The notes under the pieces were generated by a model. The model did no database searches. It had not been told where the DNA came from and saw only the letters and a program-made list of their open reading frames with translations. 57,248 nt of DNA from Armatimonadota bacterium (GTDB lineage Bacteria > Armatimonadota > SYMT01 > JACQGL01), in the NCBI GenBank assembly GCA_016199525.1, contig JACQGL010000185.1, positions 1 to 57,248 of the forward strand, written 5' to 3'. A program made the position numbers and the translations under genes. Below are positions 1 through 9,746 of the stretch, in pieces. The first letter of the stretch is position 1, and the number at the start of each line of letters is the position of its first letter.

Positions 1-72
1 GCGCACGCGTGACAGCTCGCTTGGAGGGCAGGAGAGATCCTCGCCCGAAGCATTATCGCACCAAGAACAGCG

Positions 73-1245
73 CTAAGCGCGCAGTTCAATCTTCGGCACC
101 GCGGGTGGGATCAGCCGGCAGGCCAGCAATGCCAGCAGGGCGACGCCAACGCCAGCCAGGTAGATCTTCTGGTAACCCAGGTGCTGCCAGATCCAGCCCG
201 CCGCCAGGGGAACCGTTACCGCGGTGACGTGGTTCATTGTCAGGCCCATCGCCAGGGTAGATGACAGGTCACGCTGCGAAGCCACATGTCGGGCATAGGT
301 GGTGATCCCCACCGCCAGGGTGAACAGCAGGTTGTCCACGGCATACAGCAGGCAGAACAGTATCGGCGCGCCTGTCGGAACCTGGGTATACAGGGCGAAC
401 ACCAGCGCCACACCGATGTAGTAAACAGACAGCGAGCGGCGCTCGCCCACACGATCCGTCCACGCTCCAGCGTGACGCGCCGCGAGCAGCATAAGGCTGG
501 TATTCAGGAGCAGCATGAAGGCGATCCACTCAATGCGCACGCCGAACTCTCGCACGAGGATGAAAACGTTGAAGGTAGCGATGACCTGCCTGCGCCCGCC
601 GTCCAGCAGGCTCAACAGGTAATACAGCGCGTACTTTCGCTCGAATAGCAGCCGCCGTTGAAGACCGCCACCCCGGTCACGGGAGATCCGGACGGCAAAG
701 AGTGCTCCCGCCAGCATGGCCGCTCCGGCGATCCCGAACTCCGCTGAGAACGCGAGCCACCGACCGACCAGGACCACGAACGCCAGGCCCGCCAGCATCG
801 CCGCCGACTGGTAGGCGTTCATCAGCCCCAGCCTGTAGCCTTGCCGGTGAGCGGGCGCCATCACCATGATGAGCGCCGGCTGCACCGTCAGCCAGATGTG
901 CAGGCCCGCACTAGCGAGGATGGAGTAGGCCACCGCCTGGGCGAAGTTCTGGGCGTGACCCAATGCGGCTACCCCCAGGCCCGTCAGGGCCGTCGCCAGC
1001 GCGGCCAAACGGGGTTCGGGCAGCCAGGCCAGAGCCCCCACCATCCCTGCCGCCAGCAGGCCCGGCACCTCCCGCAGCGCCTCGAGCTGCCCGAGCTGCA
1101 ACCGCTCGAGATGCAGCGTCTCGTTCAGGAAGTTGGCCAGCACGCCACTGTAGATGCCGAACCCGAAGAAAAAAGCGACGGTTGCCGCTACCAGTCGCCA
1201 CCAGTCGCGGCGTGCGGCAATGTTCTCGCTGCCGACGCCCTTCAC
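73..1245 (-). CDS. MFS-type multi-pass membrane transporter
   Basis: Lower part of ORF 73..1530(-). Hydrophobic helices run throughout (WWRLVAATVAFFFGFGIYSG, LLFTLAVGITTYA, LAGVGVALLALLA). The upper part of the ORF overlaps the tautomerase gene in another frame, so I placed the start at GTG 1245, which overlaps the tautomerase stop as GTGA. Confidence 0.7.
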   Translation of the reverse strand: MKGVGSENIAARRDWWRLVAATVAFFFGFGIYSGVLANFLNETLHLERLQLGQLEALREVPGLLAAGMVGALAWLPEPRLAALATALTGLGVAALGHAQNFAQAVAYSILASAGLHIWLTVQPALIMVMAPAHRQGYRLGLMNAYQSAAMLAGLAFVVLVGRWLAFSAEFGIAGAAMLAGALFAVRISRDRGGGLQRRLLFERKYALYYLLSLLDGGRRQVIATFNVFILVREFGVRIEWIAFMLLLNTSLMLLAARHAGAWTDRVGERRSLSVYYIGVALVFALYTQVPTGAPILFCLLYAVDNLLFTLAVGITTYARHVASQRDLSSTLAMGLTMNHVTAVTVPLAAGWIWQHLGYQKIYLAGVGVALLALLACRLIPPAVPKIELRA

Positions 1246-1454
1246 GAGTAGTAGGCCAGATCCCGCTTCGCTTCCAGCTCGGGGCCAACGGTTGCCGACC
1301 ATTCCTCGGGCGGGACCTCCTCGATGACGACGGGCACCAGCGAGGGCTGGCTGATACCGCACACCTCCATCACATCCTGCACAATGCGGCGCGCCAGCTC
1401 GCGCTTTTGTTCCTCCGTACGTCCAGGGTACATTTTCACGTTGATGTAAGGCAT
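1242..1454 (-). CDS. 4-oxalocrotonate tautomerase family enzyme (70 aa)
   Basis: The N-terminus MPYINVKMYPGRTEEQKRELARRI (Pro1 after Met removal) and the ~70 aa size are the tautomerase superfamily signature. Confidence 0.85.
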   Translation of the reverse strand: MPYINVKMYPGRTEEQKRELARRIVQDVMEVCGISQPSLVPVVIEEVPPEEWSATVGPELEAKRDLAYYS

Positions 1455-1519
1455 CGTTTGTCTCTGTAAGCACTGTCAAGTGACGATGACGTACGGAGGT
1501 ACTTTCGCAATCCTCTACG

Positions 1520-2512
1520 TCACCGCTCATCCGCCCGCCGCGAGAGCGAATCCCACAGTACCGCCACCAGGATCAGCACCCCCTGCACTGCCGGTTCCCA
1601 GTGCGCGCGCAGGCCGGTAACCGGCTGCAGGTAAGCCAGGCCGGGGGGGATGGTCGCCAGCAGCAGCACCCCCAGGGTGCTCCCCAGCGCCGTACCGCGG
1701 CCGCCGAAGATGTTCGTTCCTCCGACGACAACCGCGGTGATCACCACCAGCTCGAAACCCTGCCCCGGGTTTTCCTGGATGAAATCGAACCGGACGGTGA
1801 ACAGCAGGGACCCAAGACCCACCAGCGCGCCCAGCAGGACAAAGCTGCGGAACAGCACCCGCTCGGGCCGGATCCCAGCGAGCGCCGCGGCGCGCGGACT
1901 GCTCCCCACCGCGTAGCACTGCCGCCCGGGCCGCGTGGCCGCCAGGTAGAGCGCTACCGCCAGCGTAGTGGCAAAGGCGATCCACGCCGTGGCGGGGATC
2001 CCCAGCCAGATCTCCCGCCCGAAGCGTGTATAGGATGGCGGCAGGTCATGGATCCAGAAGCCGCGCGTAACCCAGGTCATGGCCCCGCGCAGGCCGCCCA
2101 TGGTCGCCAGCGTGGCCACGATGGGTGGGATGCGCAACACCGCCACCAGGAAGCCGTTCAGCGCGCCGAGCACGGCCCCCGTGCCCACAGCGGCGGCGCC
2201 TACGGCGGGCAGTGGCCAGCCCGCCTTCGCCAGGTTTCCCGCCACCACGGCGCAGACCGCCAGCGCCGACCCCACGGAGATATCGATCCCTCCCGCCACG
2301 ATCAGCGCCGTCATCCCCGCCGCAGCGACCATTGGGTGGGCAGCGTTCTGAAGGATATCGCGCAGGTTCTGGGGGGAAAGGAAACCTGGCCGGTGGAGGG
2401 AAACACCGGCCACCAGGAGGGCCAGCAGGAGGGCCAACACCGGTTCCCGCCGCTGCCACCCTCTCGAAAGCGTTCGGGATGGAGTCGGGCCGCGCGCCGG
2501 AGGTTGCTTCAC
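1520..2512 (-). CDS. Monosaccharide ABC transporter permease (RbsC/AraH-like), no partner genes nearby
   Basis: 330 aa polytopic protein with GGIDISVGS and overall RbsC-type architecture. GTG start is preceded by GGTGGAG. No ATPase or binding-protein gene is adjacent. Confidence 0.8.
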   Translation of the reverse strand: MKQPPARGPTPSRTLSRGWQRREPVLALLLALLVAGVSLHRPGFLSPQNLRDILQNAAHPMVAAAGMTALIVAGGIDISVGSALAVCAVVAGNLAKAGWPLPAVGAAAVGTGAVLGALNGFLVAVLRIPPIVATLATMGGLRGAMTWVTRGFWIHDLPPSYTRFGREIWLGIPATAWIAFATTLAVALYLAATRPGRQCYAVGSSPRAAALAGIRPERVLFRSFVLLGALVGLGSLLFTVRFDFIQENPGQGFELVVITAVVVGGTNIFGGRGTALGSTLGVLLLATIPPGLAYLQPVTGLRAHWEPAVQGVLILVAVLWDSLSRRADER

Positions 2513-2651
2513 CGCGTTAATTGCTCCACCTTTCCGCGCAGCTCGTTAACCGACGCGGCAGCAATCTCCTGCGCGGCATCCCCTGGCGCAGGCATCCCGC
2601 CGGCGTTGGAATAGAATAAGGGAGATAACTATTGCAGGCAGGAAGCGTGCG

Positions 2652-3785
2652 CTACGTGTTCCCACGGGCCGCCAGGCCGTGGCGCGGGAAGACGTGCCGC
2701 TTCACCTCGGCTACCATGTGCTCCGCGTAGGCGTGCACGCGCTCGGAGGCGCGGGGCGGCGGCGCCGTATCGCGCAGGCGCGGTGTGGCTCCCAGAGCCC
2801 TCACGGCGGGATAGCCAGCGGGCACCTCGTTGGCGAACTCCTGGCCGCTCATCACCCCGAAGGCCAGGGCCCAGGCGCGGGGGATCGTCTTCAGGTTGTA
2901 GCCGCCACCGCCCAGCGCCACCCAGCGGTCACACAGGCTGTGCAGCCAGCGGATCAGCGCCTCATAACCGGCGGTAGTCAGGTTCAGGTGGGCCAGAGGG
3001 TCCTGGAAATGCGTATCGCAGCCGATCTGGGCGACGAGGATCTGGGGCCGGAACGCCTGCGTTAGCGGGGGCACCACCTCACCGAAGGCCCAGAGGTACG
3101 TGTCGTCATCGGTGCCGGGAAAGAGAGGCACGTTGACAGAGAAACCCTCACCCTCGCCGCTGCCCGCTTCGGAGGGGAAGCCGGTCTGCGGAAAGAGCGT
3201 CTCCCCGGTCTCGTGGAGGGAGATCGTCAACACGCGGGGGTCACGGTAGAAGGCGGCCTGCACCCCGTCCCCATGGTGGGCGTCGATATCCACGTAGAGA
3301 ATGCGGTCGAACTGCTCCAGAAGGCGGTGGATGACCACCACACAGTCGTTGAAGATACAGAAGCCCGCGGCACGATCCGCGAAGGCGTGATGCAGCCCTC
3401 CCGCGGGGCTAAAGGCCACGGGAACTTTGCCTGCGGCCACCTGTTCCGCCGCCGTCAGGGCGGCGCCCGTATAACCGAGTGCCGCCTCGTACATCCCGTA
3501 GAAGGGCGGGTTATCCCCCGCCCCGAATCCGTAGCGCGCCGTTTCCGGTTGCCATTCTCCCGCGTTCAGACGCTGCACGGCGGCGATGTAGTCCGCTCGA
3601 TGTGCGGACAGGATTTCGGCTTCGGTGGCCGGCCGCGGAACCACCAGCCGCGCATGCGGCTCGTGGAAGGCCCCGTAGGCGGCCAGGAGGCGATGGGTGA
3701 GACGCAAGCGCTCGGGCCGAAGCGGATGCTCCGGACCGAAATCGTAGTCCAGCAGCTGGTCATCGTAGACGAAGACCGCCGCCAT
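2652..3785 (-). CDS. Histone deacetylase family protein (AcuC / acetylpolyamine amidohydrolase-like)
   Basis: Motifs GGLHHA, DIDAHHGDGVQAAFY and GGGGYN. Start moved to ATG 3785 (MAAVFVYDD), which has GGGGAG upstream. Confidence 0.85.
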   Translation of the reverse strand: MAAVFVYDDQLLDYDFGPEHPLRPERLRLTHRLLAAYGAFHEPHARLVVPRPATEAEILSAHRADYIAAVQRLNAGEWQPETARYGFGAGDNPPFYGMYEAALGYTGAALTAAEQVAAGKVPVAFSPAGGLHHAFADRAAGFCIFNDCVVVIHRLLEQFDRILYVDIDAHHGDGVQAAFYRDPRVLTISLHETGETLFPQTGFPSEAGSGEGEGFSVNVPLFPGTDDDTYLWAFGEVVPPLTQAFRPQILVAQIGCDTHFQDPLAHLNLTTAGYEALIRWLHSLCDRWVALGGGGYNLKTIPRAWALAFGVMSGQEFANEVPAGYPAVRALGATPRLRDTAPPPRASERVHAYAEHMVAEVKRHVFPRHGLAARGNT

Positions 3786-4051
3786 CTCCTTGCTCCCCCG
3801 TTTATTGAGAGAAGGCGATGATCGCACTGGGCCGCCTCTCCCACTCTATATCGTTGTCCCCTGAAGTCGCCGCCAGGGAGCCTATGTTGTGTTGTGCGTG
3901 GCAGGCAGCTGATGCGCGGCCGCAAAGGAGTTCCCCGGTGGCCCGGCGAACCTCGCATCAACCCCAGATCCCAAACACCTTGGGGACGCCCTCGAGAGGA
4001 CCCAGTCTCGGCTGCCTCGCTCCGCCGCCTCTGGCTTCCCGTGCTCGGCTC

Positions 4052-4729
4052 ATGCGTAAATTGATTATCGCCGTGGATGGCCCTGCCGGCTCGGGCAAGA
4101 GTACCGTCGCCCGCGGCGTGGCGACGCGACTCGGCTACACTTACATTGATAGTGGCGCCATGTACCGCGCCGTCGCCTGGAAAATGCGAGAGGAGGGCGT
4201 GGATCCCGCCGATGCCCGCGCGGTCACCTGCATCGCGCGGCAGATTCGCCTGGAATTTCGTCCTGTGGAGGGTCAGCAGCATCTGTTCGTGGACGGCGTG
4301 GATGTTTCCGAGGCGATCCGTGCGCCGGAAATCAGCCGTCTGTCCTCGATCGTCAGCGCCATCCCCGGAGTACGCCAGGCGATGGTGCAGCAGCAGCGTC
4401 GTATCGGTGCCGGCGGGGGCGTGGTGATGGAGGGGCGGGACATCGGCACGGTTGTCTTTCCGCACGCCGACCTGAAGATCTACCTGGATGCGGCCCTCGA
4501 AGAGCGCGCCCGGCGGCGCTGTGCGGAGCTACAGTCCCGCGGCACAGCGTGCAGTTACCAGGAGGTGCTTCGCGAGATGGTCGAACGCGACGCGCGGGAC
4601 AAGTCTCGCGCGCACTCGCCGCTGCGGCCCGCTCCCGATGCGGTGCGCATCGATACCACAGGCCTCACCGCGGAGCAGGTGATCGACCGGATCGTGGATC
4701 TGGCGCGTGAACGGCAGGGTAATCGCTGA
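4052..4729 (+). CDS. cmk: Cytidylate kinase
   Basis: Internal ATG of ORF 3818..4729. MRKLIIAVDGPAGSGKSTVARGVATRLGYTYIDSGAMYRAVAW is the Cmk P-loop and substrate motif. Confidence 0.9.
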   Translation: MRKLIIAVDGPAGSGKSTVARGVATRLGYTYIDSGAMYRAVAWKMREEGVDPADARAVTCIARQIRLEFRPVEGQQHLFVDGVDVSEAIRAPEISRLSSIVSAIPGVRQAMVQQQRRIGAGGGVVMEGRDIGTVVFPHADLKIYLDAALEERARRRCAELQSRGTACSYQEVLREMVERDARDKSRAHSPLRPAPDAVRIDTTGLTAEQVIDRIVDLARERQGNR

Positions 4730-4734
4730 CGCAA

Positions 4735-4795
4735 GGCAGGTTGGCAGGTTGTCGGCGGACATGTGGCGATGGTCCGGCGTGCCAACGTGCCAACG
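4735..4795. repeat. Composite imperfect palindrome built from TTGGCAGG units, immediately 3-prime of cmk
   Basis: GGCAGGTTGGCAGGTTG (4735-4751) faces CGTGCCAACGTGCCAACG (4778-4795). A related copy lies at 55141..55196. Confidence 0.6.
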
Positions 4796-4823
4796 ATGCT
4801 GACCGACGGCTGAACAACCATCC

Positions 4824-5435
4824 GTGATCTACTGGATCGCCTGGTTCATCTGCAATTGTCTGCTCATTCTACTGGGGCATCGCCGCGTTGCCGGCCTGAG
4901 GCATGTGCCCCGGCAGGGACCCGTTATCCTCGCTCCCAACCACATCAGCTATCTGGATCCCGTCGCGGTTGGCACCGGGATTCGCCGGCGACTGGCCTTT
5001 ATGGCGAAGGCAGAGGCGTTCCGCGTTCCCATCTTCGGCTGGCTCCTCCGCAAACTGCGCGCCTTTCCGGTGCGCCGGGGTGCGGCGGATCGGGCGGCGC
5101 TGAAGCGGGCGCTCGACCTGCTGGCGGCGGGGGAGGCGTTGATGATCTTCCCTGAAGGGACGCGCAGCCTCACCGGCGAGCTGCAGGCGCCGGAGATCGG
5201 CGTCGGGATGCTGGCGGTCCGCTCCGGCGCGCCGGTGGTCCCGGTGCGCGTATGGGGCACGGATCAGATGTTGCCCCGCGGCGCGCGCTTCCTTCGCCCC
5301 GCACCGGTCCGCGTCGCCTATGGCCCACCCCTCCGCTTCTCGCCGCCTGCCGGGGGGAAGCCCGGACGGGAAGAGTACGAAGCGGCGGCACGGCAGATTA
5401 TGGCCGCGATTGCCGCCCTGGAGCCGCCGAAGTGA
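4824..5435 (+). CDS. plsC: 1-acyl-sn-glycerol-3-phosphate acyltransferase
   Basis: HX4D box NHISYLDP and FPEGTRS box. GTG start. Confidence 0.85.
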   Translation: MIYWIAWFICNCLLILLGHRRVAGLRHVPRQGPVILAPNHISYLDPVAVGTGIRRRLAFMAKAEAFRVPIFGWLLRKLRAFPVRRGAADRAALKRALDLLAAGEALMIFPEGTRSLTGELQAPEIGVGMLAVRSGAPVVPVRVWGTDQMLPRGARFLRPAPVRVAYGPPLRFSPPAGGKPGREEYEAAARQIMAAIAALEPPK

Positions 5436-7249
5436 AGGCTGGGATCCCGAACGCCCCCGGGGCGCAGGAGGCGATCAAGTCTCGATGCACTCGGGACGCG
5501 CGCGTCTCTTTACGGGCGACTGGCGTCCTGGCTCTGATCGGGCTGCTCATCGCCTCTGCCGTCCTGCGCCTCTGGGGGATCGGCTGGGGCCTGCCCCACT
5601 CGGGTCGCTACTACCCCTATCATCCCGACGAATCGGTGCTCCTGCATGTCGTGTGCCAGGTGAACCCCCTGTGGGGCGACTTCGCACCCGGCTTCTACAA
5701 TTACGGCACCCTCTACATCTTCCTGTGCAGACTGGCCTACGATTGCTCTGCTCCCTTCCTGGGGTGGGGTGCCGTCCCCCGGTTCCAGGAGTCGTTCTCG
5801 CAGTGGGTGCACGACTTCGCGCACCTGCTCCTGATCGGGCGGCTGGTCACCGTGCTGCTGGGCGTGGCCACGGTGGGAGTAACGTTGCGCCTGGGGCGAC
5901 TGCTGTGGGGCGAGCGCGCGGGATGGCTGGCGGCGGCATTCCTGGCGGTGGCGCCCCTGCCGGTACTCCTCGGCCACTATATGACGGTGGATGTGCCCGC
6001 CACCTTCTTTACCACGCTGGCGCTGGCGTTCGCCGCCGCCGCCCTGCGCGCCTCCGCCGATCGAAGGCGGCTCGGGCTGATCGCCGCTGCGGGCGTGGCG
6101 GCGGGGCTGGCCACCGGTGTCAAGTATAATTCCTTCCCGGCCCTCCTGGTGGTGGCGGTGCCGCTGTGGGACACGGGGCGCGCTCCGGGCGGCCGCGGGC
6201 GCGCCGCAAGCGGCGCGTTGATCGCTGTGGCGGCGTTCGTCCTGGCCTTTTTCGTGGCGACCCCCGGCTGCCTGCTAGAGTCAGGGAAGTTCCAGATGGA
6301 CCTCTCCTACGAGATGTGGCGCAATCGGGAAGGCCAGGGATTGATCTTCCGTCACACGCCGCCCGCGGCGCTCTACCACCTGGGAATTTCGCTGCCCGTG
6401 GGGCTGGAGTGGCCGCTTTTCCTGCTCTCGGTGGCAGGCCTGGCGTGGTCGCTCCGCCACCATCGGCAGGAAGACGTGCTGCTGTGGCTGTTCATCCTGC
6501 CCTCCTTCCTGCTGCTGGCGACGGCGGAACGGAAGTTCGTTCGCTACGTCACCCCGCTGGTGCCGCCCCTGCTGGTGATGGCCGGCCGCCTGGTTGCGGA
6601 CGGGTGGGGTAGCCTGCCCACCGCCCCGGGCCGGCGCTGCCGCTGGTTCTGGGGGATCGCCGCCGCCGTGGCCGCGGGAGCGGCACTGGCGGCCACGGTG
6701 GCGCACCTGGGGGTGCTGTCCGGCCCCGATGCCCGGGATCAGGCCGCCGACTTCCTCCGCCGGCAGTCTGCGCGGCACGATATCGTCGCTCTGGGTGCAG
6801 ACGCATGGTACTACACCCTGCCCATTCATCCCACCACGGGGTGCGTCAAGGCGGCGGCACTTTACGGGGGGCCCCCGGCGTGGGACAATGTGCCGGCAGG
6901 GCAGCCTCGCCCCGATCTGTTCCCCACCGAGGCGTTCACGGTGCTGGCGCCCGCATCCCAGCCGGCGCCGAGAGGGGCGCTGCGGCTCGACCAACTTGCC
7001 CGCTACCGACCCCGGCGCGTGATCCTAACGGACTACGAGTACGAAGATCCCCAGCGCATCCACCAGGTGGATCCATCTTTCCGAAGCGGCATCCTGGATC
7101 TGCTGGCAGCGCTGGAGCGGGACTATGTTCTGGAGCGCGAGTTCCGGCCGCGCCCTTCGCTGGCGGGCTTCACCTGGTGGCGTACCGGTATCCCGCCGCA
7201 CGACTGGCGCTACTTCATGCCCACCGTGCGCATCTACCGGCGGCGGTAA
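5432..7249 (+). CDS. GT-C fold membrane glycosyltransferase (GT39 / ArnT / PMT_2-like)
   Basis: Internal GTG 5432 overlaps the plsC stop as GTGA. Many TM helices, an N-terminal LRLWGIGWGLPHSGRYYPYHPDES region and a C-terminal soluble domain ending IYRRR. Confidence 0.7.
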   Translation: MKAGIPNAPGAQEAIKSRCTRDARVSLRATGVLALIGLLIASAVLRLWGIGWGLPHSGRYYPYHPDESVLLHVVCQVNPLWGDFAPGFYNYGTLYIFLCRLAYDCSAPFLGWGAVPRFQESFSQWVHDFAHLLLIGRLVTVLLGVATVGVTLRLGRLLWGERAGWLAAAFLAVAPLPVLLGHYMTVDVPATFFTTLALAFAAAALRASADRRRLGLIAAAGVAAGLATGVKYNSFPALLVVAVPLWDTGRAPGGRGRAASGALIAVAAFVLAFFVATPGCLLESGKFQMDLSYEMWRNREGQGLIFRHTPPAALYHLGISLPVGLEWPLFLLSVAGLAWSLRHHRQEDVLLWLFILPSFLLLATAERKFVRYVTPLVPPLLVMAGRLVADGWGSLPTAPGRRCRWFWGIAAAVAAGAALAATVAHLGVLSGPDARDQAADFLRRQSARHDIVALGADAWYYTLPIHPTTGCVKAAALYGGPPAWDNVPAGQPRPDLFPTEAFTVLAPASQPAPRGALRLDQLARYRPRRVILTDYEYEDPQRIHQVDPSFRSGILDLLAALERDYVLEREFRPRPSLAGFTWWRTGIPPHDWRYFMPTVRIYRRR

Positions 7250-7433
7250 GCATCCCGCTGAGGAAACGGAAGATTCCGTGCCGGATGGACCGTAAAAGCG
7301 CCGCCGGGCACTGGCCCGCCCACAGATTGGCGCAGTACGTCTGGCTTACCTCTCGGACCGATTCTGTGGTTTGGGGTCGCCCCGCATCTGGGTACTAATA
7401 AAAGCTACGTATTAAATACACAAGAGGTGCGTT

Positions 7434-7802
7434 ATGCCGGAGCTCGCGCGGAAGAACATCGATTCCCCGGAGGAGACGCGGTTGTTCAGCCGGGGAAAGA
7501 TCGATGTCATAAGGGTTGATGGAGTCACGGTGGGACGAGCGACCCTGGAGGCAGGATGGAAGTGGTCCGAATCCGTGAAGCCGATGGCGGGGACCGACAG
7601 CTGCCAGGTTGCCCACCTGGGCTACATGGTGTCCGGGAGGATGCGCGTGGTAATGGACAGCGGCTCCGAGGAAGAATTCGGCCCCGGAGACGTGGTGGCC
7701 ATTCACCCGGGCCACGATGCCTGGGTGGTTGGCAACGAGCCTGTGGTCTTCCTGGATTTCGCCGGTGCGGAGCAGTACGCCCGCTCCCACGCACGACCAT
7801 AA
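7434..7802 (+). CDS. Cupin domain protein
   Basis: 122 aa. The pattern GRATLEAGWKW...H.GYMVSGRM...GDVVAIHPGHDAW fits a cupin_2 beta-barrel. An AT-rich promoter-like stretch and AGAGGTG lie upstream. Confidence 0.7.
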   Translation: MPELARKNIDSPEETRLFSRGKIDVIRVDGVTVGRATLEAGWKWSESVKPMAGTDSCQVAHLGYMVSGRMRVVMDSGSEEEFGPGDVVAIHPGHDAWVVGNEPVVFLDFAGAEQYARSHARP

Positions 7803-7898
7803 AACAGCGGTCGGGCAAGCGGGCTTGAACGCTGGGGACACGAGCAGGGGTGGGGCGCCGGACCCACCCCGGCGATATTACGGCTGCCGGGTGATCTA

Positions 7899-8999
7899 TT
7901 ACCCCAGCCACCCTCGCACTTCCGCCTCAAAGGCATCGATCTCTGGGCGACTGGCCAGCACGCCGAGCTCCACGTGGTACTCCACCCGCTCGCGGGGGCC
8001 AAGCACACGCACGCGGCCGGCAGCCCGCTCCGTCACACGGTCCACCGGCAGGGCGGTGGCGGGTTCCATGCCCAGCACGTAATTGCGCGGCCCCATCATC
8101 TTCCACTGGGTGAAGTGGGGCAGCTCGGCGAGCGGGTAGCGCAGGTAGACCCCGTGGCCCAGGTCGTGGTTGGCAATGGCGGTGGCCGTCCTCCCATCCG
8201 GTCCGGCAGCCAGCTCGTGGAAGTAGACCTTCTCGTGGTAGCCGGGCGTGGGCGGGTCCAGCTCGGCGTAGCGCTCCTGGCCCTCGGCGGCCTCGGGGTC
8301 ACGCGGGGTGTACCGCCGCGTGGGGGAGATCAGGCGGGCGCCCGCATCCACCGCCGGGAAGCCAATGTTGACGTGGTAGAGGATCATGTGTTCGGCGGGC
8401 TCGTAGCCCACGTTCTCCACGATGTCGTGGATCCAGAACCGGTTCTCCCCCAGGCGAGTGGAGATCTCGCGCGTGAGCACCAGATCCTCCCCGAACACGA
8501 GTGTCTCCTGGCACTTGCCGCGCACCCAGATGCGGTACTCATCTCCCTCCCAGGCGGCGTCCGCCCACACGTTCTTGGCGGGGGTATGGGAGATGTAGCC
8601 GTGCAAACCCAGGTCCCGCGGGCCCAGGCGTTTCGGCCCCGCATCCGGATCGTGCACCGGGGCGCCCATCCAGCTCAAGCCGCAGGTGAACACCAGCCCT
8701 CCGTAAAAGGTGCGCAAGAAGCCCAGCCCTTCCGGCTCGTGGAAGTGCGGGTGGGCGTCCTCCGTAGCCGAGCGCCAGGCGAGGGCGCGTCCGCAGTATT
8801 CCGCGTGGGCGATGTCCAGGCCGCGGTCGATAAGCACGGTGAACGCGAAGCCCGTCCCCGTGCGCAGTTGCGCGGCGCGCACGCCCCGCTCTTTGCCATC
8901 CGCCAGCGTCACCAGCCGGACGCCGGCGATCTGCAGCATATCGCCGACGCGTTGCTCCAGCTCGTCACGCGTCCAGTTCCGACCCCATAGTTGTGCCAT
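7899..8999 (-). CDS. DUF4432 / aldose-1-epimerase-like protein
   Basis: Start at ATG 8999 (MAQLWGRNWTRDELEQRVGD) with GGAGGA upstream. The sequence resembles the DUF4432 family of galactose-mutarotase-like folds. Confidence 0.65.
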   Translation of the reverse strand: MAQLWGRNWTRDELEQRVGDMLQIAGVRLVTLADGKERGVRAAQLRTGTGFAFTVLIDRGLDIAHAEYCGRALAWRSATEDAHPHFHEPEGLGFLRTFYGGLVFTCGLSWMGAPVHDPDAGPKRLGPRDLGLHGYISHTPAKNVWADAAWEGDEYRIWVRGKCQETLVFGEDLVLTREISTRLGENRFWIHDIVENVGYEPAEHMILYHVNIGFPAVDAGARLISPTRRYTPRDPEAAEGQERYAELDPPTPGYHEKVYFHELAAGPDGRTATAIANHDLGHGVYLRYPLAELPHFTQWKMMGPRNYVLGMEPATALPVDRVTERAAGRVRVLGPRERVEYHVELGVLASRPEIDAFEAEVRGWLG

Positions 9000-9200
9000 C
9001 GTTTCCTCCGTAAAGTGAAGGGGGTTTCGCGCCGCAGAGGTGCAGAGGGCACCGGGTGGCTGGCGATACAAGTGTTCGGGCACCAGGCGCTGAGCGTCCG
9101 GCACTGGGTGCTGGGGGTAGCTTCCTCGTGTCCCGCACCCAACGCCTAACACCCCATACCCCTCTCCCTTTCCCGCTGCGCTCTCTGCGTGCTGGCGGTT

Positions 9201-9521
9201 CTAACTGAGATCCGCCAGCGCCTCTTCGGCAAGCTGGGCGCCCGGCCGACCTGCGAGCGGCTGAAGGACGCGCGCCAGCGCCTCCGTTCTCCGCCGGCTC
9301 GTACGGGGCCAGCGCCGTAATACCTGGAGGGTGACTTCGCCCCGCGTATCCGCGAGCCGCAGCCACCGGCCGTCGAACATGATGCGCGTCAGGTCCGCGT
9401 AGCGAAGTGCGATGTGCCGTTCTCCTGCCACGGCGGATACCACCTCGGCAGCGAAGGTTGCCTTCCCACGCCGCTGCTTGCCATCCGCCCACCGCACCTG
9501 AACATCAAAGGTGACCGGCAT
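9201..9521 (-). CDS. Hypothetical protein (106 aa)
   Basis: Internal ATG (MPVTFDVQVRWADGKQ...). No recognisable motif. Coding is supported only by ORF length and position. Confidence 0.4.
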   Translation of the reverse strand: MPVTFDVQVRWADGKQRRGKATFAAEVVSAVAGERHIALRYADLTRIMFDGRWLRLADTRGEVTLQVLRRWPRTSRRRTEALARVLQPLAGRPGAQLAEEALADLS

Positions 9522-9746
9522 CGTGTCAACGACGAAAGGCCCCAAGTAAGTGTCCAGACCCGTGTGTAGGCAAGGAGATAAGGGGATGGGGACAAGCACA
9601 GGGGACGGGCGGCAAAAGACCAGGGATGATGCGGCGATCTGGTGCCATCCCCGCGTGCCGATATCTCCATGTTCCCGCGTCTCTTACGCCATCCCAGTTG
9701 TCTCCCCGTCTATCTTATTATCCTCTTTTTAAGTGCAATTGAACAA

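Noticed and set aside
9-227. 72-aa ORF at the left edge
   Set aside because: It is Arg/Pro/Gly-rich and overlaps the 3-prime end of the MFS transporter gene on the opposite strand. It has no motif.
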